From the IMG/VR virus record IMGVR_UViG_3300022868_000014, positions 1-64,000 of that record: DNA of 64,000 nucleotides; one strand, written 5' to 3'. The stretch is from a virus. A program made the position numbers and the translations under genes. The stretch's first letter is position 1. Every line of letters starts with the position of its first letter. The notes under the pieces are model-generated. The model was given only the letters and a program-made list of their open reading frames with translations, searched no databases and was not told the origin of the DNA. Below, piece by piece: positions 16,946 to 27,091 of the stretch.

Positions 16946-17260
16946 ATGAACAACAGCTATTTAAACGGATATATGATTGGATATCTTGAGAAGGAAGCAG
17001 GCGGTGAATATAGAACAAAGCCTAATAATGATGACACTATACAAACAGCCCACACAGCACCACCTAACCCGGCAGTACCGGAACCTAAGATTGACCAGGC
17101 AGCAGCCAAGGCATCAGTAAAGGCAGCTAACCCACCGGAACCTAAGATTGACCAGGCAGCAGCCAAGGCATCAGTAAAGGCAGCTAACCCGCCTAAGTTA
17201 GTGCCAGGATTCCAGAAGGACTGGGAATTCATTAAGAAGAACCCTCAATATAGTAAGTAG
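16946..17260 (+). CDS. Putative virion protein, GYxxGYxxKxA leader
   Basis: MNNSYLNGYMIGYLEKEAG; 19-aa duplication. Confidence 0.75.
   Translation: MNNSYLNGYMIGYLEKEAGGEYRTKPNNDDTIQTAHTAPPNPAVPEPKIDQAAAKASVKAANPPEPKIDQAAAKASVKAANPPKLVPGFQKDWEFIKKNPQYSK
17077..17190 (+). repeat. 57-bp tandem duplication (PEPKIDQAAAKASVKAANP x2)
   Basis: Direct reading. Confidence 0.9.
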
Positions 17261-17266
17261 GTAATA

Positions 17267-17632
17267 ATGAGCTATTCACGTTGGGGCAACAGTTGTTGGT
17301 ACACCTATTGGTCATCAATGGGTGAGACCGACGCGACCAAACATATCAAAGACAAACAACAGTTTGATATCTCCGGCATGACCTCCTTTACCTATAGGGA
17401 GCTTAAGGATGATATTGATGGCTGCATCCAACAAGTTAGGCAGCTAGTCTGTGATAAAGGCGACAGCGATGCACGTCAGGACATGTTTATCCCTAACAAT
17501 GTTACTGAAGATGAACTGAAGGAACTTAAAGGGTACATGGAGGAGTTCATAAAGGATATAGATACAGATGAGGACTTCATTGACCCGTTGTACGAAGATT
17601 TAAAAGAAGTAAAGAAAAGTCTAACGCGTTAG
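17267..17632 (+). CDS. Hypothetical protein with orphan DPLY tag
   Basis: MSYSRW..S.WY.YW N-terminus; C-terminal IDPLYEDLKEVKK. Confidence 0.75.
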   Translation: MSYSRWGNSCWYTYWSSMGETDATKHIKDKQQFDISGMTSFTYRELKDDIDGCIQQVRQLVCDKGDSDARQDMFIPNNVTEDELKELKGYMEEFIKDIDTDEDFIDPLYEDLKEVKKSLTR

Positions 17633-17648
17633 ACAATAGGAGACAATT

Positions 17649-17879
17649 ATGTCAATTAAACCTAGTGAAATCAATGTTAAGTTCTTAGGCTGTGAATTCA
17701 CCATTAAGAACATGAGTTACAAGGTTGCGTTACTCCTTGCTGCTGCTATACTTATAGTCGCTCTCAGCATATCCTTCAGTTTTGTTAAAGGCTGGAGTAC
17801 TATTAGTGCTGAGTTCGAGAAGAAAACCAAACAAATGGAAAAAGAGATTATAGAGGATAGCGCTGGAGGTAGCCACTAA
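17649..17879 (+). CDS. Small membrane protein
   Basis: AGGAG SD; one TM. Confidence 0.65.
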   Translation: MSIKPSEINVKFLGCEFTIKNMSYKVALLLAAAILIVALSISFSFVKGWSTISAEFEKKTKQMEKEIIEDSAGGSH

Positions 17880-18148
17880 TGATGGATATTGCAACAGTAA
17901 TAGCTGAAAATGAAGAGCACCTTATTAGCATGGACATGGAGATGTCTGATACCCTTATTAATAAGTTGTTAGCTTATTCGAAACATAACATGCCTGTTGA
18001 ACGCATGCTAGAACTAAGAGTAGAATGGGCAGTACAGGATATACTAAAAGAATATATGGAAGCACTAGAAGATGCAACACCAGAGGAGAGAGCAAAAGCT
18101 CTGGTACACTTAAAAGAGGATTTTGATGATGATGGAAAGAAACTGTGA
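17879..18148 (+). CDS. Hypothetical acidic protein
   Basis: GGAGG SD; overlaps previous stop. Confidence 0.65.
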   Translation: MMDIATVIAENEEHLISMDMEMSDTLINKLLAYSKHNMPVERMLELRVEWAVQDILKEYMEALEDATPEERAKALVHLKEDFDDDGKKL

Positions 18149-18734
18149 ACATAGCTGCCAGTATAAGGCAGAGTGCAAAGGATTAAACGATAGAGCAGCC
18201 ACAAGACGTAGAAAACCCTCTGTTATGAGGTGTTGTTCTTCACTGGCTAGCAAAGAATTCATACAAAAAGTAACTGAAAAAGGTCAGAACATACTTGAAG
18301 TAGGCTACGGTAAGAACCGGGGCCTTGTTAAGAATGCGCACCGCAAAGGACTTGTATGGTATGGTATAGAGCCATCACGCAGATGGGCCGCTAACGAAGA
18401 GAACCACAAGTATGCAGGGACTGCAGATAACATTCCATTCGACGAGCAGTACTTTGATAACGTTACAGCTATACAGAGCATGGAGCACTGGGAATCATAT
18501 CAGGACAGCGTAGAAGATGGCATCAATGAGATACACCGTGTTCTAAAGCCTGGAGGTACCTTCTTTGCAATGATGCCTATGGGTGACCATGGAAGTCAGG
18601 TATTTATGGAAAGTGATGTAGAGGCCCTTAAGAAGCTATTTAAACGCAAAATGTGGAAGAGCATTCGATTTGTAAGATGGGGACCAGAGGCCTGCGACGC
18701 ATGGCAACTGGCAATAACAGTAGTAAAGAGGTAA
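18123..18734 (+). CDS. Class I SAM-dependent methyltransferase
   Basis: ILEVGYG motif I, GIEPS, IPFDEQYFD, EIHRVLKPGG; exact start uncertain. Confidence 0.85.
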   Translation: MMMMERNCEHSCQYKAECKGLNDRAATRRRKPSVMRCCSSLASKEFIQKVTEKGQNILEVGYGKNRGLVKNAHRKGLVWYGIEPSRRWAANEENHKYAGTADNIPFDEQYFDNVTAIQSMEHWESYQDSVEDGINEIHRVLKPGGTFFAMMPMGDHGSQVFMESDVEALKKLFKRKMWKSIRFVRWGPEACDAWQLAITVVKR

Positions 18735-18761
18735 AGTAATATACACATTAAAGGAGCTATA

Positions 18762-19904
18762 ATGAATGATAAAACACATATGACAGGATACCTGCAAGGG
18801 TACCTGAGCAAAAAAGCAGTAATTGGAGCAAGCACTACGCCACCGCCTAAGGTACTGTCTTCTCTTCCAGCTACAGGTGGGAACAATAATCCAGGATTCC
18901 AACCTCCTCCAGCGTTAGAAACACCAGCAGCCCCAGAGATCAAAATGCCAAGCACCATGAATCAGTTTCAGAATAATAAAGCAATGAATGCCGGTGGTAA
19001 GGTGCAGAATTCTAATTTTAATGCAGACTATAATGCATGGAAGAACACAGACACCCGTAGCCCTATACGTAGCTTTTTCAATGAGAAGCAGGACAAGTCC
19101 AGGGGTGAATGGGACAGGCAGAACGCAGCACAGCAACAACAAATTACACAGGATGGTGGACCAGGTGGTAATACAAGTAAAGCACTGAACCAGCTAAATC
19201 CAGTTACAGCTGAGAGTGAGCAGAATCAATTCCAAATGGAAGCAGGTAGTCTGGCCAACAACGCTAGAACGTCAGCGGATAAAAGAAATGCACAGAATGC
19301 AGCCTTTGCAGCACAACGTAAGCAGAGCCGTTCAGACCAATCAGCTCCAGCTGGTTCAATAGCAAGTACTTATAAACCATCAGCAGCCGTAGCCGAAGAA
19401 AGCATGACTCCTACACAACGTTATGCCAGTCGTCAAGCTATGCCTAACCTGCAAGATCGTAGGGATAAACGCCCAGCTAACCAAAGATATACAGAAGGCG
19501 GCGGACAGAATTCTGAATGGGTCAAACCTACTGGGCAATACTCAGCAGGGGTTAAAGTAGGGCCAGAGGCTGTAGCAGCGATGAGAGCAAAGAGGGAAGC
19601 TGTAAACCCTAATAACGCAACAGCTAAACTAGGAGCCGGTCACCATGCTAATAGAGTACAACAGTATATGGCTAACCAACCAGGTAGATCAGAGGCTGTA
19701 ATGAATGCTTTACAAGGTATGAGAACTGGTGATAAACTAAGTGCACCTGAAGAAGAGATGGTAGCTAACATGCGCGGTAAGAACAATTCCAGAAGCAAAC
19801 GTAACATTAGTACATTTGTTAAGAGAAACCAAGCAGGCAACACCGGCACAAACTGGGCTGAACTAGCTGCTGCTAACAAGATGAAAAAGAACAAGAGAGT
19901 ATAA
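18762..19904 (+). CDS. Putative virion protein, GYxxGYxxKxA leader, low complexity
   Basis: MTGYLQGYLSKKAV. Confidence 0.75.
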   Translation: MNDKTHMTGYLQGYLSKKAVIGASTTPPPKVLSSLPATGGNNNPGFQPPPALETPAAPEIKMPSTMNQFQNNKAMNAGGKVQNSNFNADYNAWKNTDTRSPIRSFFNEKQDKSRGEWDRQNAAQQQQITQDGGPGGNTSKALNQLNPVTAESEQNQFQMEAGSLANNARTSADKRNAQNAAFAAQRKQSRSDQSAPAGSIASTYKPSAAVAEESMTPTQRYASRQAMPNLQDRRDKRPANQRYTEGGGQNSEWVKPTGQYSAGVKVGPEAVAAMRAKREAVNPNNATAKLGAGHHANRVQQYMANQPGRSEAVMNALQGMRTGDKLSAPEEEMVANMRGKNNSRSKRNISTFVKRNQAGNTGTNWAELAAANKMKKNKRV

Positions 19905-21643
19905 TGGGGAGTTTATCAGAACATTTACATAAACAAGCAGAACTGACACCAGAAGAAACAGCTGCCAAGATTAAGAGTGCAGGTAAATGGGCCAAAGGCT
20001 TAAAGTACGGCGCTAAGGCTGCTGACCTGCCTTTTAAAATGTTACCCAAGGTAATATCGCAGGAGCAGGGTAAGAAGGGTATAGGATTCCTTGAGAAGAT
20101 CTATAACCCTACTATCGGTAAACTTAAGCTTAATGAACGCCTTGGCTCCTTAGTACCTAATATGAAGTGGAAAGGAGGCGGCATAACTAAAGCAGAGGGC
20201 GGTGATGTCTTATTCCAGAACGGCCCAATACGCTTTCGTGTAAAACCAGAACCAGCAATGTACACAGCAATGATGTTCTTGTTAGCCCACAAGGCCTTCA
20301 AAGGACCTGCACGTAATGTAGGAGGGGCTCTTGGCATGAAGGCAAGAGGTAACATAGCCAGATTACCTTTTGCGGGGGCTAATGGTACTAATCTGTTCCA
20401 AAAAATAGAAAAAGCCGACAGGCTTGGCAGGAGACTAACACCAACACTAGGTTTAGCGGCATTACCAGCTGCAGCCACATGGCGTGCTGGAAAGGTATTC
20501 ACTGATGAAAGAGACCCAGAGCAAGCCCCATTTCGCAATGAAGCACCTGAGGCGGCTGAGGCTCGTGGGTTTAAACAACAGGAAGACTACCTTAATCAGA
20601 AACGCACAGCAGATGAACTTAAAGGTGAGAGAACCCAAGACCAGACAATGATTAACAGGATGGCTAAGATGAATCCAAGGCGTGCTTCAATTATATCAGG
20701 TCTACTGGGCAGTGCAGCCGGATTAGCTATACCTGAGAAGAATAACTTCCTTTGGAGTATAGGCGGTGGACTTGCTGGAGCATCTCTGCCTTATGCAGTG
20801 AAATATCTGGCACAAAGATTAGAAGCATTAAATAAAAAAGCAGGTCTCACAGAGGATCTAGGCGGCTACGGTGATAAGCTCTTAGATGTATGGGATTCCG
20901 GTAAGATCCAGAAGCAATTAACACCTGAGGCACTTAAAGGACACGCAGGAACAGCCTGGAAAGGATTGAAGGCTGGTGGTCGTATTGCTGGTAACTATGT
21001 TAAGAAACACCCTTATGAAGTTGGTGGCATAGCAGCTAGTGCATTAGGCACAGGAGCACTTGTTAAAGGCTTCTCAGGAAAAGATAATCGTGCAGCTTGG
21101 TTAACAGGGGGTGGCGCACTACAGGGTATAGCTGCTATATTATATATGAAGTCCCTGAAGCGTAAAGGTAAGCAGCTGCCTAATATAACTATGAAGGAAA
21201 TAAAAGACAGAGAGGCCGGTAAACCAAGACGCTATAATGGAGAGCATGAGTTACTTGATGTAGCTACAGAGGCATTACCACTAGCCATACAGAAGCTTAT
21301 GCCAGGTTCTACTAAGCAGTTTACTAGGGATGAGATTAATCAAATGCTGCACATGGTTACAGCTAATAGGAATAATCCTGAGAAGATTAAGGAAATTCTA
21401 GGAACACAGTTACAGGGAACAGGTATTAATCCGAAGGATATAAAGGATATTATGGGTGCTAGTGATTTAGATCTGCACTCTATTCTAGGATTAGGAGCTA
21501 AGCTATCAGACGAATTCGAGGGTTACAAGAAGAACCCACCCAAGACAAAAAGCAAGAAGACATTATTAAGGCAAATGTACTATAAAGGTACACCGAACGA
21601 GCGGGCTAACATACTTAAAACATATCCGCAGTTCAGGCCATAA
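19904..21643 (+). CDS. Putative virion protein with glycine-zipper hydrophobic segments
   Basis: LHKQAE, LNKKAG; SGLLGSAAGLA, IGGGLAGA. Confidence 0.7.
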   Translation: MGSLSEHLHKQAELTPEETAAKIKSAGKWAKGLKYGAKAADLPFKMLPKVISQEQGKKGIGFLEKIYNPTIGKLKLNERLGSLVPNMKWKGGGITKAEGGDVLFQNGPIRFRVKPEPAMYTAMMFLLAHKAFKGPARNVGGALGMKARGNIARLPFAGANGTNLFQKIEKADRLGRRLTPTLGLAALPAAATWRAGKVFTDERDPEQAPFRNEAPEAAEARGFKQQEDYLNQKRTADELKGERTQDQTMINRMAKMNPRRASIISGLLGSAAGLAIPEKNNFLWSIGGGLAGASLPYAVKYLAQRLEALNKKAGLTEDLGGYGDKLLDVWDSGKIQKQLTPEALKGHAGTAWKGLKAGGRIAGNYVKKHPYEVGGIAASALGTGALVKGFSGKDNRAAWLTGGGALQGIAAILYMKSLKRKGKQLPNITMKEIKDREAGKPRRYNGEHELLDVATEALPLAIQKLMPGSTKQFTRDEINQMLHMVTANRNNPEKIKEILGTQLQGTGINPKDIKDIMGASDLDLHSILGLGAKLSDEFEGYKKNPPKTKSKKTLLRQMYYKGTPNERANILKTYPQFRP

Positions 21644-21659
21644 ACAATAGGAGTTTAAA

Positions 21660-22853
21660 ATGAATAGATTAGAAGGTATTTTAGGATCATTCCAGAAGAT
21701 AGCAAGTGAGCTACCCCCTGTTGAGATCTCCCCGCGTATGCAGAACATCTTACAGAAGGCAGCTATCTGTCCTCAGATGATGGGATTAGGCATGGAAGAA
21801 GTTGGCGTCATAGACGAGGAAAAGATTAAAGGCGGCGCTGCTGACGGTAAAGAACCGGAAGAGATAGCCGATGAGCAGGGTTTAGAGGTAGATGAAGTAG
21901 AGGGAGCCATTGATCAAGGGCAGGCTATTGAGATGGAACACACCGATGATGCTAATATGGCCGGCGAAATAGCTACAGACCATGTTGAAGAGACCACACC
22001 TGATTACTATGATGAACTGGGTGGTATGGAAGAACAACTCAAAATGGAAAAGGAAAAAGGACTAGGTGATCCATCCCCTGAGGATAAAGAGATCATATTC
22101 CGTTTCCTACAGACACAGCAGGACCTTGATGATGCTACACTGCATAAGCTTTATATGGCTTTAGGCGTAGATCCACACGAAGGTGAAGAAGCAGTCTATT
22201 CTGCAATGAGCAACGAGTTAGGTGATGACCCAGCCGCAGCAGCAGAAGCAGCACAGAACGCCCAAGAGAAAGAAGTAGAGATCGAAGATGGGGAACTCGA
22301 ACAGGATGATGACGAAGTTGTCACTGAAGAGAACCAAGCTAAACCTGAAGAAGAACCTAAGAAGGAGTACGTTAAAATGGCTTCAGACAACAAACCAATG
22401 ATGACGGCTACAATAGCTGATATGTTTGCATTTATTACTAAACAAGCAGAAGCAGTCCCTGTAGCAGAACGAAAAGGACCAGACGATGATGATAACCAAG
22501 AAACTGAAGAAGTTCCTACACAGATTGCTAAGAACTCCCCTGATAACTCAGACGCCAAAGGAGTCTCCGCCATATCGGACGAGACTGGGGACCGTAAGGA
22601 AGACGAGGACGAAGAGGATGGTGAAAAGAACGAGAAAGTAGCAGAAGACAATACACCTCCATCCGCAGGGCCAACGTTCGCAGGTAGCCAGAAGGATAAA
22701 CTGACCGCTATTAAAGAGCTTGGTGTTAAGTTCGGTAAGGTTAAAGCACAAGGATCAGCTCCAGCATCAGCTAAGCAGATACAGCCTGAGTCCTCTACAG
22801 AGAAGATAGCGCATATTAAACAGCTGTCAGGTAAACTAGGATTAATTAAATAG
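21660..22853 (+). CDS. Acidic putative head protein with DUF5661-like motif
   Basis: G.AIEMEHTDD...A.EIA.DH.EE..PDYY.EL..ME; many KxA sites. Confidence 0.7.
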   Translation: MNRLEGILGSFQKIASELPPVEISPRMQNILQKAAICPQMMGLGMEEVGVIDEEKIKGGAADGKEPEEIADEQGLEVDEVEGAIDQGQAIEMEHTDDANMAGEIATDHVEETTPDYYDELGGMEEQLKMEKEKGLGDPSPEDKEIIFRFLQTQQDLDDATLHKLYMALGVDPHEGEEAVYSAMSNELGDDPAAAAEAAQNAQEKEVEIEDGELEQDDDEVVTEENQAKPEEEPKKEYVKMASDNKPMMTATIADMFAFITKQAEAVPVAERKGPDDDDNQETEEVPTQIAKNSPDNSDAKGVSAISDETGDRKEDEDEEDGEKNEKVAEDNTPPSAGPTFAGSQKDKLTAIKELGVKFGKVKAQGSAPASAKQIQPESSTEKIAHIKQLSGKLGLIK

Positions 22854-22861
22854 GAGTCATT

Positions 22862-23359
22862 ATGACAAACGAATACATTTACGGCTACGAGAGTGGCTAC
22901 GAAGAAGCAAGTGTTATCCAGAAGGAAGCAGTAGAGAAAGAAGCAATAGACCTTAAGGATATACTAAGAGCGGTAGCACCTGTACCTACAATGATGGCTG
23001 ATACTGCTCTCGGAGATCTCCGTCCATACATGCCTAAGAAGTATGAACCATCTAGTTTCCATGATAAGATTCTAAAAGAGGATAGGACTTATATCAGCAA
23101 CGAGGAAGAACAGAAAAAGAATAACATACTCGAGAATCTCCCCGCAACAACCACAGCAGGTGCAGGTGTAGGTGCAGGCTTGGGCTATTTAGCAGGCGGA
23201 AAGGGTAATAAAACCCTATCTACTGCAATAGGGGCAGGAACAGGCGCATTAGCAGGGACAGCAATACCTTATCTTATTGATAGGCTCTACAAACTAAAAA
23301 ATGAGGGTGCATTCAATCTTAGATTACCCTCACAGGCTATGAGTCCACTAGGGCGTTAA
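22862..23359 (+). CDS. Glycine-zipper protein with GYxxGY leader
   Basis: YGYESGY...QKEAVEKEA; GAGVGAGLGYLAGG, AIGAGTGALAG. Confidence 0.75.
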   Translation: MTNEYIYGYESGYEEASVIQKEAVEKEAIDLKDILRAVAPVPTMMADTALGDLRPYMPKKYEPSSFHDKILKEDRTYISNEEEQKKNNILENLPATTTAGAGVGAGLGYLAGGKGNKTLSTAIGAGTGALAGTAIPYLIDRLYKLKNEGAFNLRLPSQAMSPLGR

Positions 23360-23386
23360 ACTGGCATTGAATATGCTTTAAATTTA

Positions 23387-23421
23387 GAAGGCTGGTCTGG
23401 TTAACAGTCCAGTCTTTTTTT
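23387..23421 (+). terminator. Rho-independent terminator
   Basis: AGGCTGG...CCAGTCT stem followed by T run. Confidence 0.65.
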
Positions 23422-23559
23422 ATGGAGAATCATTATGGATATGGTAGGATGCGCACTAGGGGCAGCTGTAGTATTATTCATAATAGGTATGGTATGGTTC
23501 TGTATAAAAGAAATGTGTAAGAAAGGAGGCCCGGGCCCTAGATAGACCCAGGCATAAGA

Positions 23560-23838
23560 TTAGTATTCTTCATTTTCCCTAAGGCCATCCTCAAAGGCCA
23601 CACCTTCTACCATAGGGGTAAAGCTATCATCTTCCGGGCATAAAATACCGGGGAGGATATCATCTTCAATCATCTGGTTCACCAGTTCGGTTACTATAGC
23701 CAGTATTCTTTCAGTGTTATCAGGGTTGATATGAGGGGGTAGCTCTACTACCCCTAAGTTTAAATGCATCATATCAGTCTTTACGTCGAAGTCTAAACTA
23801 GGCTCCTTCCACTGAATTGCTTCCGGGTTATCACTCAT
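23560..23838 (-). CDS. Hypothetical acidic protein
   Basis: AGGAGG SD; last gene of the minus-strand run. Confidence 0.65.
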   Translation of the reverse strand: MSDNPEAIQWKEPSLDFDVKTDMMHLNLGVVELPPHINPDNTERILAIVTELVNQMIEDDILPGILCPEDDSFTPMVEGVAFEDGLRENEEY

Positions 23839-24164
23839 GTTAATAGAGCCTCCTTTTTTTTGCTCTTAGCTGGTTTCTTCTTAGAAGCCGTGGCCTTTAC
23901 ATAAGCCTCTTTGAGCTCTTCAGGAGCAACATCCAGTTCACCTGTCAGTATATACTTAAGGCGTTTATACTCATCAGCGGATATTGTGATAGCACCTTCT
24001 TTAGACGGATCATGGGGATCAAGGATAAATATCATAGCTGGTTTACCCTGCCATGCCTCATTGAGTTCTGAGATACGCATGATCTGGATTACGAATTCCG
24101 CCTTATCAAGCGGCTTGACTGTTACATAGTCACCGGGTTCTAGTTTGTGTTGCATTACTGTCAT
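23835..24164 (-). CDS. Hypothetical protein
   Basis: AGGAG SD. Confidence 0.65.
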   Translation of the reverse strand: MTVMQHKLEPGDYVTVKPLDKAEFVIQIMRISELNEAWQGKPAMIFILDPHDPSKEGAITISADEYKRLKYILTGELDVAPEELKEAYVKATASKKKPAKSKKKEALLT

Positions 24165-24173
24165 GGTTATCTC

Positions 24174-24482
24174 CTATATACGGGTTACTTGTTCATTGAT
24201 AGTTGCGAGATTCGCTGATATGTGATCTAACGAGTCCCTGATCTTCTCCAGGTCAGAGTAGGGCTCAGACTCCGGGCCGCACTCGTCCATAGGGGTGGCC
24301 CCTAATGCACGGTCTACATGGCGGTTTGTGGTCTCTCTTACTTCCATGGACACCATGTGCAAGCTATGGGCCTGATCTACTAGAGCCGTTAGCTGGGTCT
24401 CCTCTAGTGATACTTCTGCACAACACTCCTCGGTGAGTCCCTCTTTCGCGAGGAGATCTTTACTTGGGCATATCTTCTTCAT
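24174..24482 (-). CDS. Hypothetical protein
   Basis: GGAGG SD; ATGA overlap. Confidence 0.65.
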   Translation of the reverse strand: MKKICPSKDLLAKEGLTEECCAEVSLEETQLTALVDQAHSLHMVSMEVRETTNRHVDRALGATPMDECGPESEPYSDLEKIRDSLDHISANLATINEQVTRI

Positions 24483-24892
24483 ACTGCTACCTCCAAAGGT
24501 ACGTTGATTGTTTTAGATCTAGCGGCTTTACACTTGATCATCGTCTCTGGATACACATGCAGTGGTGTTAACGAGAAACCCTCCTCCGTGTCTCTATAAG
24601 TGTACACCTCTGCGTCTAATACTTCTATGGCTACACGTACTTCAATGCGTGCGCCCTTACTTGCCTGCCAACCTGGTAATAGGATAATAGTATCCACGTT
24701 ACCATTGAGAATCATACATAGGTCCCTTTTAAGGTAATAACTCCAGGCCTGTTCACCTTCATCCATATCTGATGGGTTAATAAGCTTCCTAAGCAGACCG
24801 GACCTAACCAGTATGCCTCCTACTCTACGAAACTCCGGATGATTGTACTCTTCAATATCAGTCATCGGACCACTTAAATACCCTATATTCAT
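24479..24892 (-). CDS. DUF4406 / nucleoside 2-deoxyribosyltransferase-like protein
   Basis: YLSGPMT..YNHPEF, INPS, W..YL..DL, LLPGW..SKGA..E. Confidence 0.8.
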   Translation of the reverse strand: MNIGYLSGPMTDIEEYNHPEFRRVGGILVRSGLLRKLINPSDMDEGEQAWSYYLKRDLCMILNGNVDTIILLPGWQASKGARIEVRVAIEVLDAEVYTYRDTEEGFSLTPLHVYPETMIKCKAARSKTINVPLEVAV

Positions 24893-24901
24893 AGTCTCCT
24901 C

Positions 24902-25162
24902 CTATTGCTTTACGCCGTTAATCCAAAAATCTACTGTAAAGGAACCTGTTCCCCACTTAAACATAGTACTATCAAATGGTCCTATATAAAGACTATCTAT
25001 AATACCATCAAAATAATATGCATTAAGTATAAACAAATCCTTCTGTGCGTCTACTGTTAACATTAATCCTCTCCAAATAAAGCACCAAGTATACAGAAGG
25101 GTAGTACTACCCATAAACATATAACCCCAGTGCCTATGACTATTAAACCGGCGCATAACCAC
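24902..25162 (-). CDS. Hypothetical protein
   Basis: Fills the gap in the minus-strand run; start uncertain. Confidence 0.4.
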   Translation of the reverse strand: MVMRRFNSHRHWGYMFMGSTTLLYTWCFIWRGLMLTVDAQKDLFILNAYYFDGIIDSLYIGPFDSTMFKWGTGSFTVDFWINGVKQ

Positions 25163-25196
25163 ATAATAGCCTCTTTTAGTAATTTTGCAAGAATGT

Positions 25197-25559
25197 TCAT
25201 CTTTCTAATGCCTCCGAGAAGTCTTCTAGTTTCTTTTTATTCTCCTGCATCTTCTCATAGACATTAGCACAGATCTGCATAGCAGCATCACTGGGGCTTA
25301 TGGAAGTACCTGTCTCCATCCATCTCAATACAGCATGACTTACAATGTCCTCAAGCATAATGCACTTAGCTAGGTCAGCCATCTCAACTGGTTCAGGTAG
25401 GTCAGCCATTCTAGCTACTATGTTATGGTAACTACAACCAGACTTATGCTGCTGTAGCAACCATATACCAGTACCTGTCATAACCTCATGACGGAAGCCG
25501 GCCTCCTTATAGCGACCGGTCTTCTCATCCTTTGTGTAATACATTTCAGCTTCCATCAT
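25197..25559 (-). CDS. Hypothetical protein
   Basis: AAGGAGG SD. Confidence 0.7.
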   Translation of the reverse strand: MMEAEMYYTKDEKTGRYKEAGFRHEVMTGTGIWLLQQHKSGCSYHNIVARMADLPEPVEMADLAKCIMLEDIVSHAVLRWMETGTSISPSDAAMQICANVYEKMQENKKKLEDFSEALER

Positions 25560-25568
25560 TATCCTCCT

Positions 25569-26636
25569 TTATAATAAGCCTTGTGCTTCGAAGTCGTCAA
25601 CCGGGCCCATATCCTGCATGAATGAACTACCTATGTTATTCATATTGTTAATCATGCTCTCCATAGTATCAGCTTCCTCACGGCCTTCATGTACAATCTG
25701 TGCTGCTCCAAGGGCCATAGCATAACACATAAGAGCCTGGAAGTTCATAAAATCCTTTTCTGTACATTTTTCTCTATAACTGTTTTTGTAATCACAGTGG
25801 AACTCTATGTGGCAGTCCCGGCAGAGAGTTATACCGTTATCTACATCATATCTTTGCTCTTTAAAATACTTAGCACCGTTTTTATGATGTGCTTGCCTAT
25901 TCTTAATGCTTGAGCATACTGCACATCGTGTATCCCGCCTTATAACTGCTGCTCTCCATTTTCGATAAGAAGGTGTTCTTCTAAAGTCGTCAGAGGCAGC
26001 AGTTGATTTTTTGGTAATAGGAGCAACTAAGGCGCGCTCAAGATCCCATCCTCGTTTTAAACGATCCTTAACTAGGTGGTATGATGTATTATAATAACGA
26101 CACCATTGGGTCATTGTCCGGGTTTTACCGTTCAAGGTTTTCATATTGTTTGTACTCCTGTTGTTCGCCTGTTCTCTTTGTGTAGCCCAGTGGCAATTAG
26201 ATTTAAAATAGCCTAAGTCATTATCCCGTCTATTCAGGATAAAAGGACCCTCCTCCGGGTGATCCTTAGGACGCAAGCCCATGTCCTCAAAGAAGCCTTC
26301 AAAGGTGTCCCAATGAGGGCAGACTGTTATGTCTCTTCCTCCGTATCTTTTATAAGATTTATGCTTAGGATTCGTGCATCTTGCTTTCATATTACGCCAC
26401 GCTATATACTCATAGGTGTTATACATGCCGTGTTTTGTAAAAACAGTAGCGAGTGGGCACGAATTAGAACAGAACTCTCTGTTCCCCAAAACATTACTAG
26501 GAAGTGTAACAGTTTTACCGCAGTCACAGAGGCAGGTCCAAAGGGCTTTTCTATGCTTATTTGTACCTGCATGCCCAAGGACAGTTAATGTACCTATGCG
26601 CTCTCCCTCTCTATTCGTCATATTGTGTGCTGTCAT
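25569..26636 (-). CDS. HNH endonuclease with two HNH-type modules
   Basis: W.C.CDCG; W..MK.RC.NP..YGGR.I.VC..W..F..DMG.RP..DN..GY...NC.WAT..EQ.NN; second module RD..C.VC..AHH..NGITLC..CH..FH. Confidence 0.85.
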   Translation of the reverse strand: MTAHNMTNREGERIGTLTVLGHAGTNKHRKALWTCLCDCGKTVTLPSNVLGNREFCSNSCPLATVFTKHGMYNTYEYIAWRNMKARCTNPKHKSYKRYGGRDITVCPHWDTFEGFFEDMGLRPKDHPEEGPFILNRRDNDLGYFKSNCHWATQREQANNRSTNNMKTLNGKTRTMTQWCRYYNTSYHLVKDRLKRGWDLERALVAPITKKSTAASDDFRRTPSYRKWRAAVIRRDTRCAVCSSIKNRQAHHKNGAKYFKEQRYDVDNGITLCRDCHIEFHCDYKNSYREKCTEKDFMNFQALMCYAMALGAAQIVHEGREEADTMESMINNMNNIGSSFMQDMGPVDDFEAQGLL

Positions 26637-26731
26637 ATTAAAATACCTTGTTAATTATGTACTACCCCCTACAATACTGCGTTGTGTAACCATTTTCAAG
26701 TATTGACTACTTTGCCTCCAGTCTTGTTTAC

Positions 26732-27082
26732 TCATTTGTAGACCTCCCGTTCAAGCCTCTTGACCTCTTCACGTAGATGGATAGGCTCTTTGTCTAACGC
26801 GTTAGACTTTTCCCCGTCGAAGTGCAGGGATATCTCCTCTTCATCCGCATACTCATAGGTCTTCTTAAAGATCGACTCTTTAATAGGATATAGTTCTCCT
26901 TCGACTCCCATTACTAAATACTCACCTGCTTCAGCATGCACAGCACCATTAGGCGTCATAACCTCAAAGGCCTCGTGGATAGGTGATGCAAAGATAGTTA
27001 CAGGTTTCTTGCGATAGACCCTAAAGGATACTGGTGCATCCTCCGGAATTGGGTCCTCTTCATCAAATCCAAATTTTAACAT
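26732..27082 (-). CDS. Conserved phage protein (PGDYG-like)
   Basis: YRKKPV.I.A ... G.YLV.GVEGELYP.K..IF.KTYE. Confidence 0.7.
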   Translation of the reverse strand: MLKFGFDEEDPIPEDAPVSFRVYRKKPVTIFASPIHEAFEVMTPNGAVHAEAGEYLVMGVEGELYPIKESIFKKTYEYADEEEISLHFDGEKSNALDKEPIHLREEVKRLEREVYK

Positions 27083-27091
27083 GGTTACCTC

